The translations under genes were made by a program, and so were the position numbers. The notes beneath the pieces were generated by a model, which saw only the letters and a program-made list of their open reading frames with translations, was not told where the DNA came from and did no database searches. From positions 72,924 to 136,923 of IMG/VR virus record IMGVR_UViG_3300044640_002221: a stretch of 64,000 nucleotides of DNA. The stretch is one strand, 5' to 3'. Of the stretch, positions 18,669 to 27,770 are shown in pieces. Source of the DNA: a virus. The first letter of the stretch is position 1. Each line of letters starts with the position of its first letter.

Positions 18669-19061
18669 TTAGCCTTCCTCTTGGTAGTTTTTAGCTATGA
18701 ATCTGTTAATTACTTCAGCTACTATTTGAGCTCTTTCATTTGCGGTAGTAGAGTTTTGCCATCTATTATATAAGTCTTTATCCCAGTAAAGTCTATGAAA
18801 TAGAGAATCAGTTATCCTTTGATTATCAGGGTCTCCTTCAAATGGTATTCCCACAATAGAGCCTGCCAGCTTATGACACTCAAAGTCAATCTGTTCAGCT
18901 TCTTTAAGTCTCTGCATACCATACTTATTAAGTATTAACTGACCACCTATGCAAGTTGCTCCAAAATGGTCTAAATAAGTGTGCATTACTAGAGAGTCGG
19001 GGTCTGCAAGCTTTTGTTCTTTAACTTTTAATAGGGCTTCTACGCCGGCTGTTGTTAGCAT
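18669..19061 (-). CDS. Hypothetical protein, paralogue 3
   Basis: MLTTAGVEALLKVKEQKLADPDSL...CIGGQL...LFHRLYW...ERAQIV. Confidence 0.75.
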   Translation of the reverse strand: MLTTAGVEALLKVKEQKLADPDSLVMHTYLDHFGATCIGGQLILNKYGMQRLKEAEQIDFECHKLAGSIVGIPFEGDPDNQRITDSLFHRLYWDKDLYNRWQNSTTANERAQIVAEVINRFIAKNYQEEG

Positions 19062-19189
19062 AATCTGCTTTTCCTTCTTCTATTTGTAAGTTAATTAAGT
19101 GTTGGTCTAGTCCTGGTTCTTTAGCTGGGTCGCTATAAAACCCAACAATCTTGCTACTAGGAATGGTTAGCAAGCCAAGCTTAGGCTGC

Positions 19190-19675
19190 TTATCTCTCAG
19201 CCATATTTGGTGCACTGTCAGTTTGCCAGTTACCATTCTCTTTCTGAACAAACTTGAATCTGGGATAAACCAAGTTACCCCAGCAGGGGTTGTTGTAAAG
19301 CCATTTACCACGCTCTTCTGTAGGTTCTGTAAAAGAGTGCCTAACAAAGAAAACAACGCCCTTCTTGGCAAAGAAAAAGGCGTTCTTGAGGATCTCGAAA
19401 GCTTGGTTAAAGGGTGGGTTTGTAACTACCCAATCTGTCTCTGGAAACTCTAACCAACTTCTAGAGTTAGCAGCATCATAGTGTGAGTCAGCTTTAAGGT
19501 TAGTATTTATGTCATTAGTCCAGACCTTAGTAACGTTCTTGAAGTGAGGAAGGATAGAAGAGAGGTTGCCAGCCCCGCTGCATGGTTCTCCTACTACTCC
19601 ATCAAGAGTTATGTAACTTGGTAAGTGGGTTACAAACCAACCAGGGCTGTCGTAGTGGTCTAGTAAGTTTCTCAT
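19190..19675 (-). CDS. Small N6-adenine DNA methyltransferase; probable C-terminal frameshift
   Basis: Motif I EPCSGAG, WTNDI, motif IV VVTNPPF, TEPT. A plausible C-terminus continues in another frame to 19021. Confidence 0.85.
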   Translation of the reverse strand: MRNLLDHYDSPGWFVTHLPSYITLDGVVGEPCSGAGNLSSILPHFKNVTKVWTNDINTNLKADSHYDAANSRSWLEFPETDWVVTNPPFNQAFEILKNAFFFAKKGVVFFVRHSFTEPTEERGKWLYNNPCWGNLVYPRFKFVQKENGNWQTDSAPNMAER

Positions 19676-19709
19676 CCCCCTATTATCAGTCCTAAGTCAC
19701 CATAGCTTT

Positions 19710-19910
19710 CTACTTTCTCTCTATCACAAAAGAAATGCTCCCAGCTTGTGGGCACTTGGTAGTTTCCAAGTTTAAGGGTGGGATTGGTTTGCTTGGTGGT
19801 CTGTGGTCTGTTCTGACAGGTAGAGTTTGACATTGTAATACCTTATTAATCTCTTGTTGATTCCAGCCATGCCCTGAGAGCAGCACAGCAGCTTCTTCCT
19901 TAGTTCTCAA
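19710..19910 (-). CDS. Hypothetical protein
   Basis: 66-aa ORF, TTG start overlapping the upstream stop. Confidence 0.55.
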   Translation of the reverse strand: MRTKEEAAVLLSGHGWNQQEINKVLQCQTLPVRTDHRPPSKPIPPLNLETTKCPQAGSISFVIERK

Positions 19911-19996
19911 GGTTCTGACTCCTTTATTACAGTCAAGGCAACTGACAGAGCTAGAAGGAGAAATATTACTAACACTCTTAAGATTACAAAACTCAT
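19907..19996 (-). CDS. 29-aa single-TM peptide (not in ORF track)
   Basis: MSFVILRVLVIFLLLALSVALTVIKESEP*, read manually. Confidence 0.55.
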   Translation of the reverse strand: MSFVILRVLVIFLLLALSVALTVIKESEP

Positions 19997-20007
19997 AATT
20001 TCTCTCT

Positions 20008-20109
20008 TCAGGGTAAGTTGAGCAAGCAGACTACGTATGTGTATGCCAAAATAGCAAGGATTGCTACTAGAGACAATAAAATGTCTATCAAGTTCTCTTC
20101 ATCTAACAT
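20008..20109 (-). CDS. 33-aa single-TM peptide (not in ORF track)
   Basis: MLDEENLIDILLSLVAILAILAYTYVVCLLNLP*, read manually. Confidence 0.55.
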   Translation of the reverse strand: MLDEENLIDILLSLVAILAILAYTYVVCLLNLP

Positions 20110-20224
20110 TTAGTAAAACCTTGTTTAAGTTGGTAAAAAGACTAAGCCACAGCAAGTAGCTAATAGAGCTTACTATTAGTGCGGCTACTGGGAAAGCTAT
20201 TAAGTTTTTAATTGTCGTCTTCAT
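20099..20224 (-). CDS. 41-aa single-TM peptide (not in ORF track)
   Basis: MKTTIKNLIAFPVAALIVSSISYLLWLSLFTNLNKVLLNVR*, read manually. Confidence 0.55.
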   Translation of the reverse strand: MKTTIKNLIAFPVAALIVSSISYLLWLSLFTNLNKVLLNVR

Positions 20225-20230
20225 TGTTAG

Positions 20231-20452
20231 TTAGGCGTACCATCTTTCAGTTAATAATTCTTGAGAAGTCAGAATTAACTTTGCTTTCTCCACTAAGTTA
20301 TCAGTACCACCATTAGCTATGTATTCCAGAAACTCCTTGTAGAGGTCATCTTCAATTATGTGGGCAGTTTCAGTGTCTTCTTCTTCTATCTCACTTAAGG
20401 TCTCCTGAATGTACTCCAGGGACATTTCTTCTTTACCTTTGTCATTAGTCAT
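20231..20452 (-). CDS. Small acidic hypothetical phage protein
   Basis: DTETAHIIEDDLYKEFLEYIA...RWYA. Confidence 0.7.
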   Translation of the reverse strand: MTNDKGKEEMSLEYIQETLSEIEEEDTETAHIIEDDLYKEFLEYIANGGTDNLVEKAKLILTSQELLTERWYA

Positions 20453-21287
20453 TCTCTATCTCCTTGTTATACTTAATTGCAAAGTCATTAGCTGCTTCAA
20501 TGTACTTATCTAAGTCAGAAGCATAAACCCCGGCGCAATGGTAAGAACCAAGCTCTGCAACTTTTAACTCAGAGTTTCCTTCCATTCTACTGGTAGTGCA
20601 GATGTCTATACTCCACATAGCAGAAGGGTACCATTTAGCAGACTTAACTATCTTTTCTACTTCTGCTATTAAACCAGAAGAATGTTGACGAATAGGCCAA
20701 ACTTCTCTGTAATCTAGGCTATAGTGGCTGCCAGTGACAAACTTATCACCATACATAAAGCAGCGCCATTCATTGACTATCTCTTGCCTTGGAGCCACCA
20801 GAACCTTAAAGTCTTTACTCTGTCTGAGATAAATACAAAGCTGTTCAAGGCACCGATAGTCTGTAAGGTTAATTACTCCGCCGTGGAACTGCTTTAAGCC
20901 GCTGTCAGGTCTGATAAACAGTTCTCCTTGAGACTGGAAGTAATCAAGAATCTCAGCTCTGCGCCGCCACAGCTCTGATAAAGATAGGATTAGATATTTA
21001 CTGTTTAAAGCATGATTTCCGAAGTGGGTGAGCCAAGTCGAGCAGTTATAGTTTGACCAGTCATCAATTCCCACCTGCTGGTCTAAACCCATTGCTCTAC
21101 AGCTTCTAAAGCTTCCTCTATAGGTTGGAACTTTATCAAACTTTGCTGCTTTGAGTTTAGGAGTAAAGTCATTACGAAGCATAAAGTTCTTATCAAACTC
21201 TAGAACCTCTAAGTTATGTCTTCTTAAAGCAGCAACGAACTGTTCGTCATTGAATACACCATGCTCGTAAATCCAGGTAGGCTTCAC
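20445..21287 (-). CDS. ATP-grasp protein, DUF4343-like
   Basis: LFIRPDSGLKQFHGGVI, EIVNEWRCFM...FVTGSHY, WSIDIC...LKVAELGSYHCAGVYASD. Confidence 0.85.
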   Translation of the reverse strand: MKPTWIYEHGVFNDEQFVAALRRHNLEVLEFDKNFMLRNDFTPKLKAAKFDKVPTYRGSFRSCRAMGLDQQVGIDDWSNYNCSTWLTHFGNHALNSKYLILSLSELWRRRAEILDYFQSQGELFIRPDSGLKQFHGGVINLTDYRCLEQLCIYLRQSKDFKVLVAPRQEIVNEWRCFMYGDKFVTGSHYSLDYREVWPIRQHSSGLIAEVEKIVKSAKWYPSAMWSIDICTTSRMEGNSELKVAELGSYHCAGVYASDLDKYIEAANDFAIKYNKEIEND

Positions 21288-21757
21288 ACTACTCCTCCCA
21301 GTCGGTCTTGAGAAATAATCTGGTCTATAAAGGGTTTGATATTAAACTCTACTGGCTTACCAAATTCTAGCCTTGCACCTTCTTTACCACTTTCAACCTT
21401 ACAAGTTTTAGAAACTCTATCTAGAGATAGTAGAAGACTCTTCTCATAAACAAAGATAACAGGGCGCCATTCAAGAGTAAATAACTCTAGTGACTCAAAG
21501 ACGCTCTTTTGAAGGCAGACGGTGATTTTAGATTCATCTCTGGGTAAAATAACCCAGTTTAACAAGTCAAAGTCTTTTGGAAACCAACTAGGCTGGCAAT
21601 CAACTGTAAGAAACTCACCTCTTTTTAGTAGAGGCTGAGACTTTCTAAAGAAAGAAGCCAGCCTCTCCACGTCTTTGTTTAACTCATTAGCTACTTCTTG
21701 CTCCATCAACTCAAGAAGCTTTTCTGTAGTTTCTCTAAGTCTATGATGTATGTTCAT
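21284..21757 (-). CDS. Hypothetical protein
   Basis: 157-aa ORF with ATGA overlaps at both ends. Confidence 0.7.
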   Translation of the reverse strand: MNIHHRLRETTEKLLELMEQEVANELNKDVERLASFFRKSQPLLKRGEFLTVDCQPSWFPKDFDLLNWVILPRDESKITVCLQKSVFESLELFTLEWRPVIFVYEKSLLLSLDRVSKTCKVESGKEGARLEFGKPVEFNIKPFIDQIISQDRLGGVV

Positions 21758-21966
21758 TGACCTACTCTCTCAAACCTCTTAACAAGTTTACCATCAACCT
21801 CCACGCTTTCATTAAATTGCTCTGGACTTCTGGTAAACAAAGGGTAGGGGCTGGGGTAAAGCGGAATGTAAACTACTCGCATTTCATCTTCATCAGCTTC
21901 TTTAGCTACGCCTATAACCTGGTAGAGGTTGCCTTTGTAATGCTTATAAGTGCCTGGTTGTATCAT
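21754..21966 (-). CDS. DUF1653 domain protein
   Basis: PGTYKHYKGNLYQVIGVA...VVYIPLY...FTRSPEQFNESVEVDGKLVKRFE. Confidence 0.9.
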   Translation of the reverse strand: MIQPGTYKHYKGNLYQVIGVAKEADEDEMRVVYIPLYPSPYPLFTRSPEQFNESVEVDGKLVKRFERVGQ

Positions 21967-22003
21967 TAGTTTTTCTTTTAGTTCCTTACTCTTTTCTTTT
22001 TTC

Positions 22004-22552
22004 TTACTTTACTTCACTAAGTTGAGGTTCTTCTGTTACTTTCTTTTTTCTGGGTTTCTTTACTGTAGGAGAGGCTACTTTACTTTCAGCTTGCTCTATT
22101 TGCTCTGCAGCTTTTTCTAACTGTGTTGCGGCTTTTTCTATTTGCTTTTCTTCTTTTACTACTTTTACTGGAGATAACAAAACCCAAGGCGCGGTGAGTT
22201 GTTCTTTATTGAGAGTTATAACCCAGAGTTCTTTAGGTTCTGCTTGTATTTCCCATTTGATACCTAACCAGAGTTCTTGTTGGATAGGATGGCTGCTGGG
22301 GCGCAGACCAGAGACTACGGTGAAGGAGTTACCGAGTTTCAATTGGGAGATAGTTTGTTTATCATTCACACTATGTACATAAGCCACTCCTGGGCGGAGG
22401 GAGAGAACTTTAGTAAAGAAGAACTCAGCGCGGACGAAGCCTTCTTCTGATAGAAGTTTTGTAAGGTTCTGGGCGCAGGTAGTAGCCCAGGCTGTGAGTA
22501 GGGTATGTTTCTGTTGGTCTGGTAAAACAACTGGATGAGCGATGAGTGCCAT
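22004..22552 (-). CDS. Hypothetical protein
   Basis: 182-aa ORF with K/E-rich tail. Confidence 0.7.
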   Translation of the reverse strand: MALIAHPVVLPDQQKHTLLTAWATTCAQNLTKLLSEEGFVRAEFFFTKVLSLRPGVAYVHSVNDKQTISQLKLGNSFTVVSGLRPSSHPIQQELWLGIKWEIQAEPKELWVITLNKEQLTAPWVLLSPVKVVKEEKQIEKAATQLEKAAEQIEQAESKVASPTVKKPRKKKVTEEPQLSEVK

Positions 22553-22554
22553 AA

Positions 22555-22965
22555 TTAGTGTTGAATAATAGGTTTTTTAAGTGCTCTGCGAAGTTCTTGC
22601 CAAGTAGTTTTAGGAGGGTTTAGTAGAGGCTCGCCTATTGACCTTTCTTGAGGATTGACTGCGATTGCCTTGACTGCCTGAACACCCTGCTCAACTGCTT
22701 GACCAAGTTTCTTCATTACCCAGCTTACTACTGCTTTAACCTTAGCACCAGCTCTCATGTCTTTCTCTATTGCTCCAGCTACAGCAGTTACAAGTTCTTC
22801 TGTGTCTTTTAACGAAGCGTACTTAACTGTTTCTCTAGCTGTAATGACTGGTTTTAGAACAGATTGTGTTGAAGGGTTGTACTTACTATCAGCTCTATAA
22901 AACTTCCTGTATAGAAGTACAAGAGTGTAGGGAGGATTAATTGGTGAATGGTTTGTGATAGTCAT
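22555..22965 (-). CDS. Hypothetical protein
   Basis: 136-aa ORF. Confidence 0.65.
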   Translation of the reverse strand: MTITNHSPINPPYTLVLLYRKFYRADSKYNPSTQSVLKPVITARETVKYASLKDTEELVTAVAGAIEKDMRAGAKVKAVVSWVMKKLGQAVEQGVQAVKAIAVNPQERSIGEPLLNPPKTTWQELRRALKKPIIQH

Positions 22966-23096
22966 AGAGTCTCTCTTTTTTAGTTAAAACCTTACTGTCT
23001 GTAAGGCTATCCCTAATAGGGTGTTATGATTCTTGCTAAAGAGAGTATCACAAATTTCCTGTAAGTTTGTAGTAGTTAATCTCTACTTTTAAACTT

Positions 23097-23696
23097 ATGG
23101 CTATTGACGGTAAGAAAGTAATTGAGTATATGCGCTCCAAGAACTATCGCATACTAGCTCTCAACATTGTTTACCTTGAAGATGTAAATGCTGACACCTG
23201 GGAGCCTATCAAAGGTGAGCTTGACCGATGGGATGATGCCCGCTGTATTATCAGAAACGACGGGGAGGTTCTTTTAAGCTGTGAGGCTACCACAGAACCA
23301 GGTAGATATTACACTAGCAATCCTTTAAACGACAATGGAGCGTTTAGGATTGCTTTTGGTAACTATGAGGACTGCTGGCAGATTGGAGATCACAAAGGTC
23401 AGTTAGCCCTTGTTCAATGTGATGAAGTTGTAGGACATAGAGACTTAAACAAGGACGGTTTTCGGACTAACGATAAAACATTCAAAGGTATGTTCGGGAT
23501 AAATCAACATACTACCAGTAAAACTCCGGGTGCTGCTCCTGAGTTAGTTGGTCTTCAATCAGCGGGTTGTTGTGTGGGTAGATACTCAACTACTCATTAC
23601 AACGACTTTATGCGTATTTGCAGGGCAATGGGTAGGGATAAATTTGATACAACAATCATTCCGGGGGATGAGTTTGCAGCTTGGAAAGCTGTTTAG
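23097..23696 (+). CDS. L,D-transpeptidase-like (YkuD-fold) peptidoglycan enzyme
   Basis: ATTEPGRYYT...RDLNKDGFR...FGINQH...SAGCCV; His...SAGC catalytic-type motif of cyanobacterial peptidoglycan-binding proteins. Confidence 0.7.
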   Translation: MAIDGKKVIEYMRSKNYRILALNIVYLEDVNADTWEPIKGELDRWDDARCIIRNDGEVLLSCEATTEPGRYYTSNPLNDNGAFRIAFGNYEDCWQIGDHKGQLALVQCDEVVGHRDLNKDGFRTNDKTFKGMFGINQHTTSKTPGAAPELVGLQSAGCCVGRYSTTHYNDFMRICRAMGRDKFDTTIIPGDEFAAWKAV

Positions 23697-23709
23697 AAGA
23701 AAGCCAGAG

Positions 23710-24273
23710 TTACTCCCAATCAAATGTAGGCAACTCTGGTACTTCTGCACCCCAGCTAGTCAGCCGTACATAGTCATACTTGCGGCTGATAGCCCAGTTC
23801 CACAGATTAATCAAGACATGGGTGTGACCTTTGACTATTAACTCTTGTTGGATTTTAGACAGGGTAATAGGGTCTTCTGAGCAGTAAGTAGTGTAGAAGA
23901 TATAGCCTGCTTCCTCATCGCCTTTAGCAACAAACATAAACCAAGGATGGCTGTTTGTTGCCTCTTCAAGAAGTTGAAGGTCTTTAGGGTTAATATGGGC
24001 AGTTGAGATATTAACTAGAGACTGCACTTCTAGAGGTTCTATTGGCTGTTCTGCTTGTTCTTTCATTGTCTGTTCCTTGATTCTTTGTCTATTCCAAGAG
24101 TTATAACAGTCATCTGTGACTAATACTGCATCTAGAGCACCCCAACCTCTTTTACACAAAGAAGGCATCCTAAAAACTTTATGAAACTCATTTATTAGCT
24201 CTTGTTTTTCAGGATTACCTAAATCTTTGTAATAATCAAAGTAAGTTTGTTGGCTAGTTATGGCGTTTGTCAT
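23710..24273 (-). CDS. Hypothetical protein with C-terminal DUF5983-like domain
   Basis: ISTAHI...YVRLTSWGAEVPELPTFDWE. Likely start MTNAI at 24273. Confidence 0.6.
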   Translation of the reverse strand: MTNAITSQQTYFDYYKDLGNPEKQELINEFHKVFRMPSLCKRGWGALDAVLVTDDCYNSWNRQRIKEQTMKEQAEQPIEPLEVQSLVNISTAHINPKDLQLLEEATNSHPWFMFVAKGDEEAGYIFYTTYCSEDPITLSKIQQELIVKGHTHVLINLWNWAISRKYDYVRLTSWGAEVPELPTFDWE

Positions 24274-24592
24274 AAGCAATCGCCTTTGTACTATGAAACA
24301 AGTTATTAAAGAACTGTTCAATATCTTCTATCGTGTTGGCACGGTAAGTTATCCAAGCTGTAGAGTCATTAGGATACTCAAAGCAAACTTTGGCATTGAA
24401 CATAGCAGGCGGACTGGAGTATTGCTCAAAGTTCCAATACTCTATGACTATTTGGTAGAGTTTAATATCTTCCCATCTAGAGTATGTGTAGAACTGTTTG
24501 CTCTAGTTCTTTGTACATTTATCAATGCTTGAGACTTGAAACTCTTTATAGCCAGCGGCTAGAATCTTCTCTTCGGTTATTTGGTTGGTCAT
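24254..24592 (-). pseudogene. 112-codon ORF with one in-frame TAG (24503-24505)
   Basis: MTNQITEEKILAAGYKEF...KN*SKQFY...FNAKVCFE...WITYRANTIEDIE; paralogous to the C-terminal half of 24614..25363. Confidence 0.75.
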
Positions 24593-24613
24593 TCTTCTCT
24601 TATACTCATGATG

Positions 24614-25363
24614 TTACTCATCTAATAGTAGTAGTTTATTCTCCCAGGATTTAACGTACAACTGCGAAGGAGTGCGATATGAAGAGGTAAGGTACAGATG
24701 CCTGACCTTCTCTTCTAGCTCTTCAATGGTATCAGCATAGTGGTTTACCCAGTCAGACTTACTTCCCGAAGAGCTATCAAAACACACTCTAGCTTGAAAG
24801 AAGGTGTTGTTTATTAAATCGAAGCTTATTCTGTAGTCTTCAAACTTACCAACTTCTGATTGGCTGTAAAAGGATTTAGTCCAAAGAGTAGGAATGATAG
24901 ATTTATAGCCAGCAGCAGAGAGCTTTTCTAGTGTTACTTGACTAAATCTCTTTCTAGCCGGCATAAACTCTAGTGCAGCATCAAGCATAACTAAGGTCAA
25001 ATCATCAAGCTGAGGAGTTGATGAGCAAAGCATAACTCTGATAACTGAGTCTCCTTCAACTACGCTTTTTATAGATAGTGTAGGAGTGCGCTGCACATAA
25101 TCACGCTGCTCATAATCACTCAAACCTTGATGCTTTTGCAGAAAGTCACGAAGGTTAGAAGGATGGACTTTGTAAAAAACTGTTTTGGCAATTTTACTAT
25201 CTTCTAAACAGAAAATTTCACCTTCTGCTTCGTGTAGGAAACAGCCTAACGTTTTCAGACTGAGAGGTTCAGTCATTAAATGTTCTTGAAAAGCTTTGTA
25301 GTAGGCTTGCTGTAAGTCAAAAGCAAGCTCTTTTACTTTATGTTTGTTGGTCATTATTCTCAA
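24614..25363 (-). CDS. Hypothetical protein
   Basis: 249-aa ORF; C-terminus LSAAGYKS...LWTKSFY...FQARVCFD...YADTIEELE. Confidence 0.75.
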   Translation of the reverse strand: MRIMTNKHKVKELAFDLQQAYYKAFQEHLMTEPLSLKTLGCFLHEAEGEIFCLEDSKIAKTVFYKVHPSNLRDFLQKHQGLSDYEQRDYVQRTPTLSIKSVVEGDSVIRVMLCSSTPQLDDLTLVMLDAALEFMPARKRFSQVTLEKLSAAGYKSIIPTLWTKSFYSQSEVGKFEDYRISFDLINNTFFQARVCFDSSSGSKSDWVNHYADTIEELEEKVRHLYLTSSYRTPSQLYVKSWENKLLLLDE

Positions 25364-25604
25364 AGACTTGAACTATCTCTTCATCAGTCATATCTTTTAA
25401 CTTTGCAAGCTTTACTCTAGCAGCTATAGGCTCCAAGCCGTCACCAAAGGAAGTAATTAGCAAAGACAGTATTACTTCCTGAATGTCATCTGGCAGGCTA
25501 TCAAAGCGCATCCAGTGGTCTCTGACGCACTGACCACCAGCGCCAGATGCTGAGTATTTCTGAAAAGGGGTCATCCACCGACCTCTGGTAAGTAACATTT
25601 CCAA
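25338..25604 (-). CDS. Hypothetical protein
   Basis: ORF overlapping neighbours; start probably MTPFQKY. Confidence 0.6.
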   Translation of the reverse strand: MEMLLTRGRWMTPFQKYSASGAGGQCVRDHWMRFDSLPDDIQEVILSLLITSFGDGLEPIAARVKLAKLKDMTDEEIVQVFENNDQQT

Positions 25605-25924
25605 GTGTTTAAGCTATCAGCAACATCGTATCTGTCTTCAGTTATAATCCACACTGCTCCTGGTGCAGGACTGGTTACATTACTAGGCAACTGCCAGCTA
25701 TGTTTATTCTCAAAAGGAGTTGTATGGGCTATAGTTACTTCCTGTTCGTCAAAGTAGTTAACTTTAGTAGCAAGTTTGAGACTAAGATCAAAAGTAATAA
25801 TCCTGCCCTGAGCGTCTGTTTTCTCTAAGATTACGAGAGTATTATTAGGCAGATTACAAAGTTCCTGAAATGTAAGTAGTTTGCTCCTTTTCTTTGTGCT
25901 CACAATACCACCTACTGTAGTCAA
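25571..25924 (-). CDS. Hypothetical protein
   Basis: 117-aa ORF. Confidence 0.65.
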   Translation of the reverse strand: MTTVGGIVSTKKRSKLLTFQELCNLPNNTLVILEKTDAQGRIITFDLSLKLATKVNYFDEQEVTIAHTTPFENKHSWQLPSNVTSPAPGAVWIITEDRYDVADSLNTWKCYLPEVGG

Positions 25925-26097
25925 ATACTCATCTCTTCCAGAGCTTCTCTCACTAAGGCTTTGATGCTCTCCAGAGCTTCAGACTCAACTGGATCAAGCC
26001 AAGATAAGTTTGGAAACTGTCTGCACGTAGCAATATATTCTTGGCTTGCTGAGCACCATTTTGTAGAGAAGGTGCAATCCTCAAACTTAATAGACAT
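25921..26097 (-). CDS. 58-aa HicB-like protein (not in ORF track)
   Basis: MSIKFEDCTFSTKWCSASQEYIATCRQFPNLSWLDPVESEALESIKALVREALEEMSI*; matches the HicB N-terminal pattern W...Y...C.EFP.LSW....EAL. Confidence 0.7.
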   Translation of the reverse strand: MSIKFEDCTFSTKWCSASQEYIATCRQFPNLSWLDPVESEALESIKALVREALEEMSI

Positions 26098-26102
26098 AGC
26101 TC

Positions 26103-27770
26103 CTAGCTCTCTTTTACTGAATTTGTAGCTTCTTCTGTTAGCTCGACTGTAACAACACCCCGCTGCACTTTAATTACAGCTGTGTTTCCTGAAGGTACAA
26201 GCCAGCTTATACTGTTCTCTACAGCTTCTTGTATTCTGGCTTGAACAGCCTCTTCTTGTGATAAAAGCAGACTGCGGGCTAAAGACCATACCTCACCACT
26301 GAAATACTCTGCTTGAGTATCGTAGCTATCACAGTCTCTATCATCACTTGGACTAAAGAAGCATAAGGTTAAGATATCAACCAGCTCCTCCACCTTGATT
26401 TTGCTATCTTTGGTTAATATTACTACAACCTCATCGAGATCACAGCAATACTCCTCACGAGCCAAAACAAGGTCTGTGAGAAGAGTTAAAGTTCCTTGCA
26501 CGTCATCCTGTTCTATTAACAGTTCCAGCTCTGTAGAGTCCGGTCTATCTTTGTAATCGTCCAGCAACTCTTCTAGTGACAGCTTGTTATTACCATAAGT
26601 AAATTCAGCTTTTACTTCTTCTAGCCTCGCAAGACTCTCGTACCACTGATATCCTTTATAGTCAGTGTTTTGAGATACTAAAGTTATCTGTTCAGAATTA
26701 TTTTCTAAAGCATGGTGCAGAGTATGCTCTTCATACCCTTCTTGGACAACGTTGTATACTACTGCATTGGTAGCTACTACGCTTACCTCTTCGCTGCTAA
26801 ACTCATTATGATAGTCATGAGTCTCTGGATACCACTTAATGAGCTTCTGCTCCGCTTCTGGTAGTTCTATACTAAAAGACTCTTTGGCTTCTAACCATAA
26901 CTCATATCTTAAAGTATGACTACCACCGTCGTCGCAATAGTTCTTTATGTAGTTAAAGACAACTTTTTTGCATTGTTGAAAGAGTAACGGTAAGAAGTCA
27001 TTGGACACAACTTCTTTTCTGCTAGGCAAGACTAGTTGTAGCTTAGGGCAATCAACAATATCTACTCTCACAAACAAGTCATCTTGACCTAATGCTCTAC
27101 TAAAACTAGGTCTTCTTAGGTCGTGGCAGTTAATCTCCAAACCGTAAAAGTTTAGTTTAAACTCTGAGGTGTACCTTTGATGAAGTTTCAAAATACCAAT
27201 CTTTAATCCTTCCCACTCTTCTTCATAAACAGCATCTTCTAGAAAGTCTTTGGGTTTGTTTAACTCCGCGCCATTATACTCTACTTGAACAGGATAGAAC
27301 TTACAGGCTCTCTCTAGCTCGCACTTAAAGTAAAATTCTTCTTCAGTGTTTCTGAATGTGATTCTAGTACCTCTTGAAAAGTCTGACTTCTCAACTTCTA
27401 CCTCTTTAGCACCACTAAAAGCCTCAGCATCTAATCGGACTTTCTTTCCATGTGATTCTATTACACTAGCTAAGTTAGCTAGTGAGAACAACCCACAACC
27501 TGCGGGGTCTTCTCTTTCTTGAGTCTCAGAAGACCACTCACTACCCCCAAGGTTGATAGCAACACCTTTAGAAAAGATTCCTACACCGTTATCTTCAATA
27601 GAAACTGTGTTGGCATTGATACTTTTAAAAACCTTAACTTTAGTAGCTCCAGCTCTGCGTGAGTTTTGTAGTAGCTCATTAAGAATGTCTTCTGTTGTTG
27701 AGTTAAAGAAGTTTCTAGCTTTATCTAGAATCTTTGGGTTTATGCCAATTTTGAATGTGTTAGTTATCAT
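26103..27770 (-). CDS. GHKL/HATPase-domain ATP-binding protein
   Basis: ILNELLQNSRRAGAT, IEDNGVGI, EDPAGCGLFSL, GTRITF. Confidence 0.85.
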   Translation of the reverse strand: MITNTFKIGINPKILDKARNFFNSTTEDILNELLQNSRRAGATKVKVFKSINANTVSIEDNGVGIFSKGVAINLGGSEWSSETQEREDPAGCGLFSLANLASVIESHGKKVRLDAEAFSGAKEVEVEKSDFSRGTRITFRNTEEEFYFKCELERACKFYPVQVEYNGAELNKPKDFLEDAVYEEEWEGLKIGILKLHQRYTSEFKLNFYGLEINCHDLRRPSFSRALGQDDLFVRVDIVDCPKLQLVLPSRKEVVSNDFLPLLFQQCKKVVFNYIKNYCDDGGSHTLRYELWLEAKESFSIELPEAEQKLIKWYPETHDYHNEFSSEEVSVVATNAVVYNVVQEGYEEHTLHHALENNSEQITLVSQNTDYKGYQWYESLARLEEVKAEFTYGNNKLSLEELLDDYKDRPDSTELELLIEQDDVQGTLTLLTDLVLAREEYCCDLDEVVVILTKDSKIKVEELVDILTLCFFSPSDDRDCDSYDTQAEYFSGEVWSLARSLLLSQEEAVQARIQEAVENSISWLVPSGNTAVIKVQRGVVTVELTEEATNSVKES

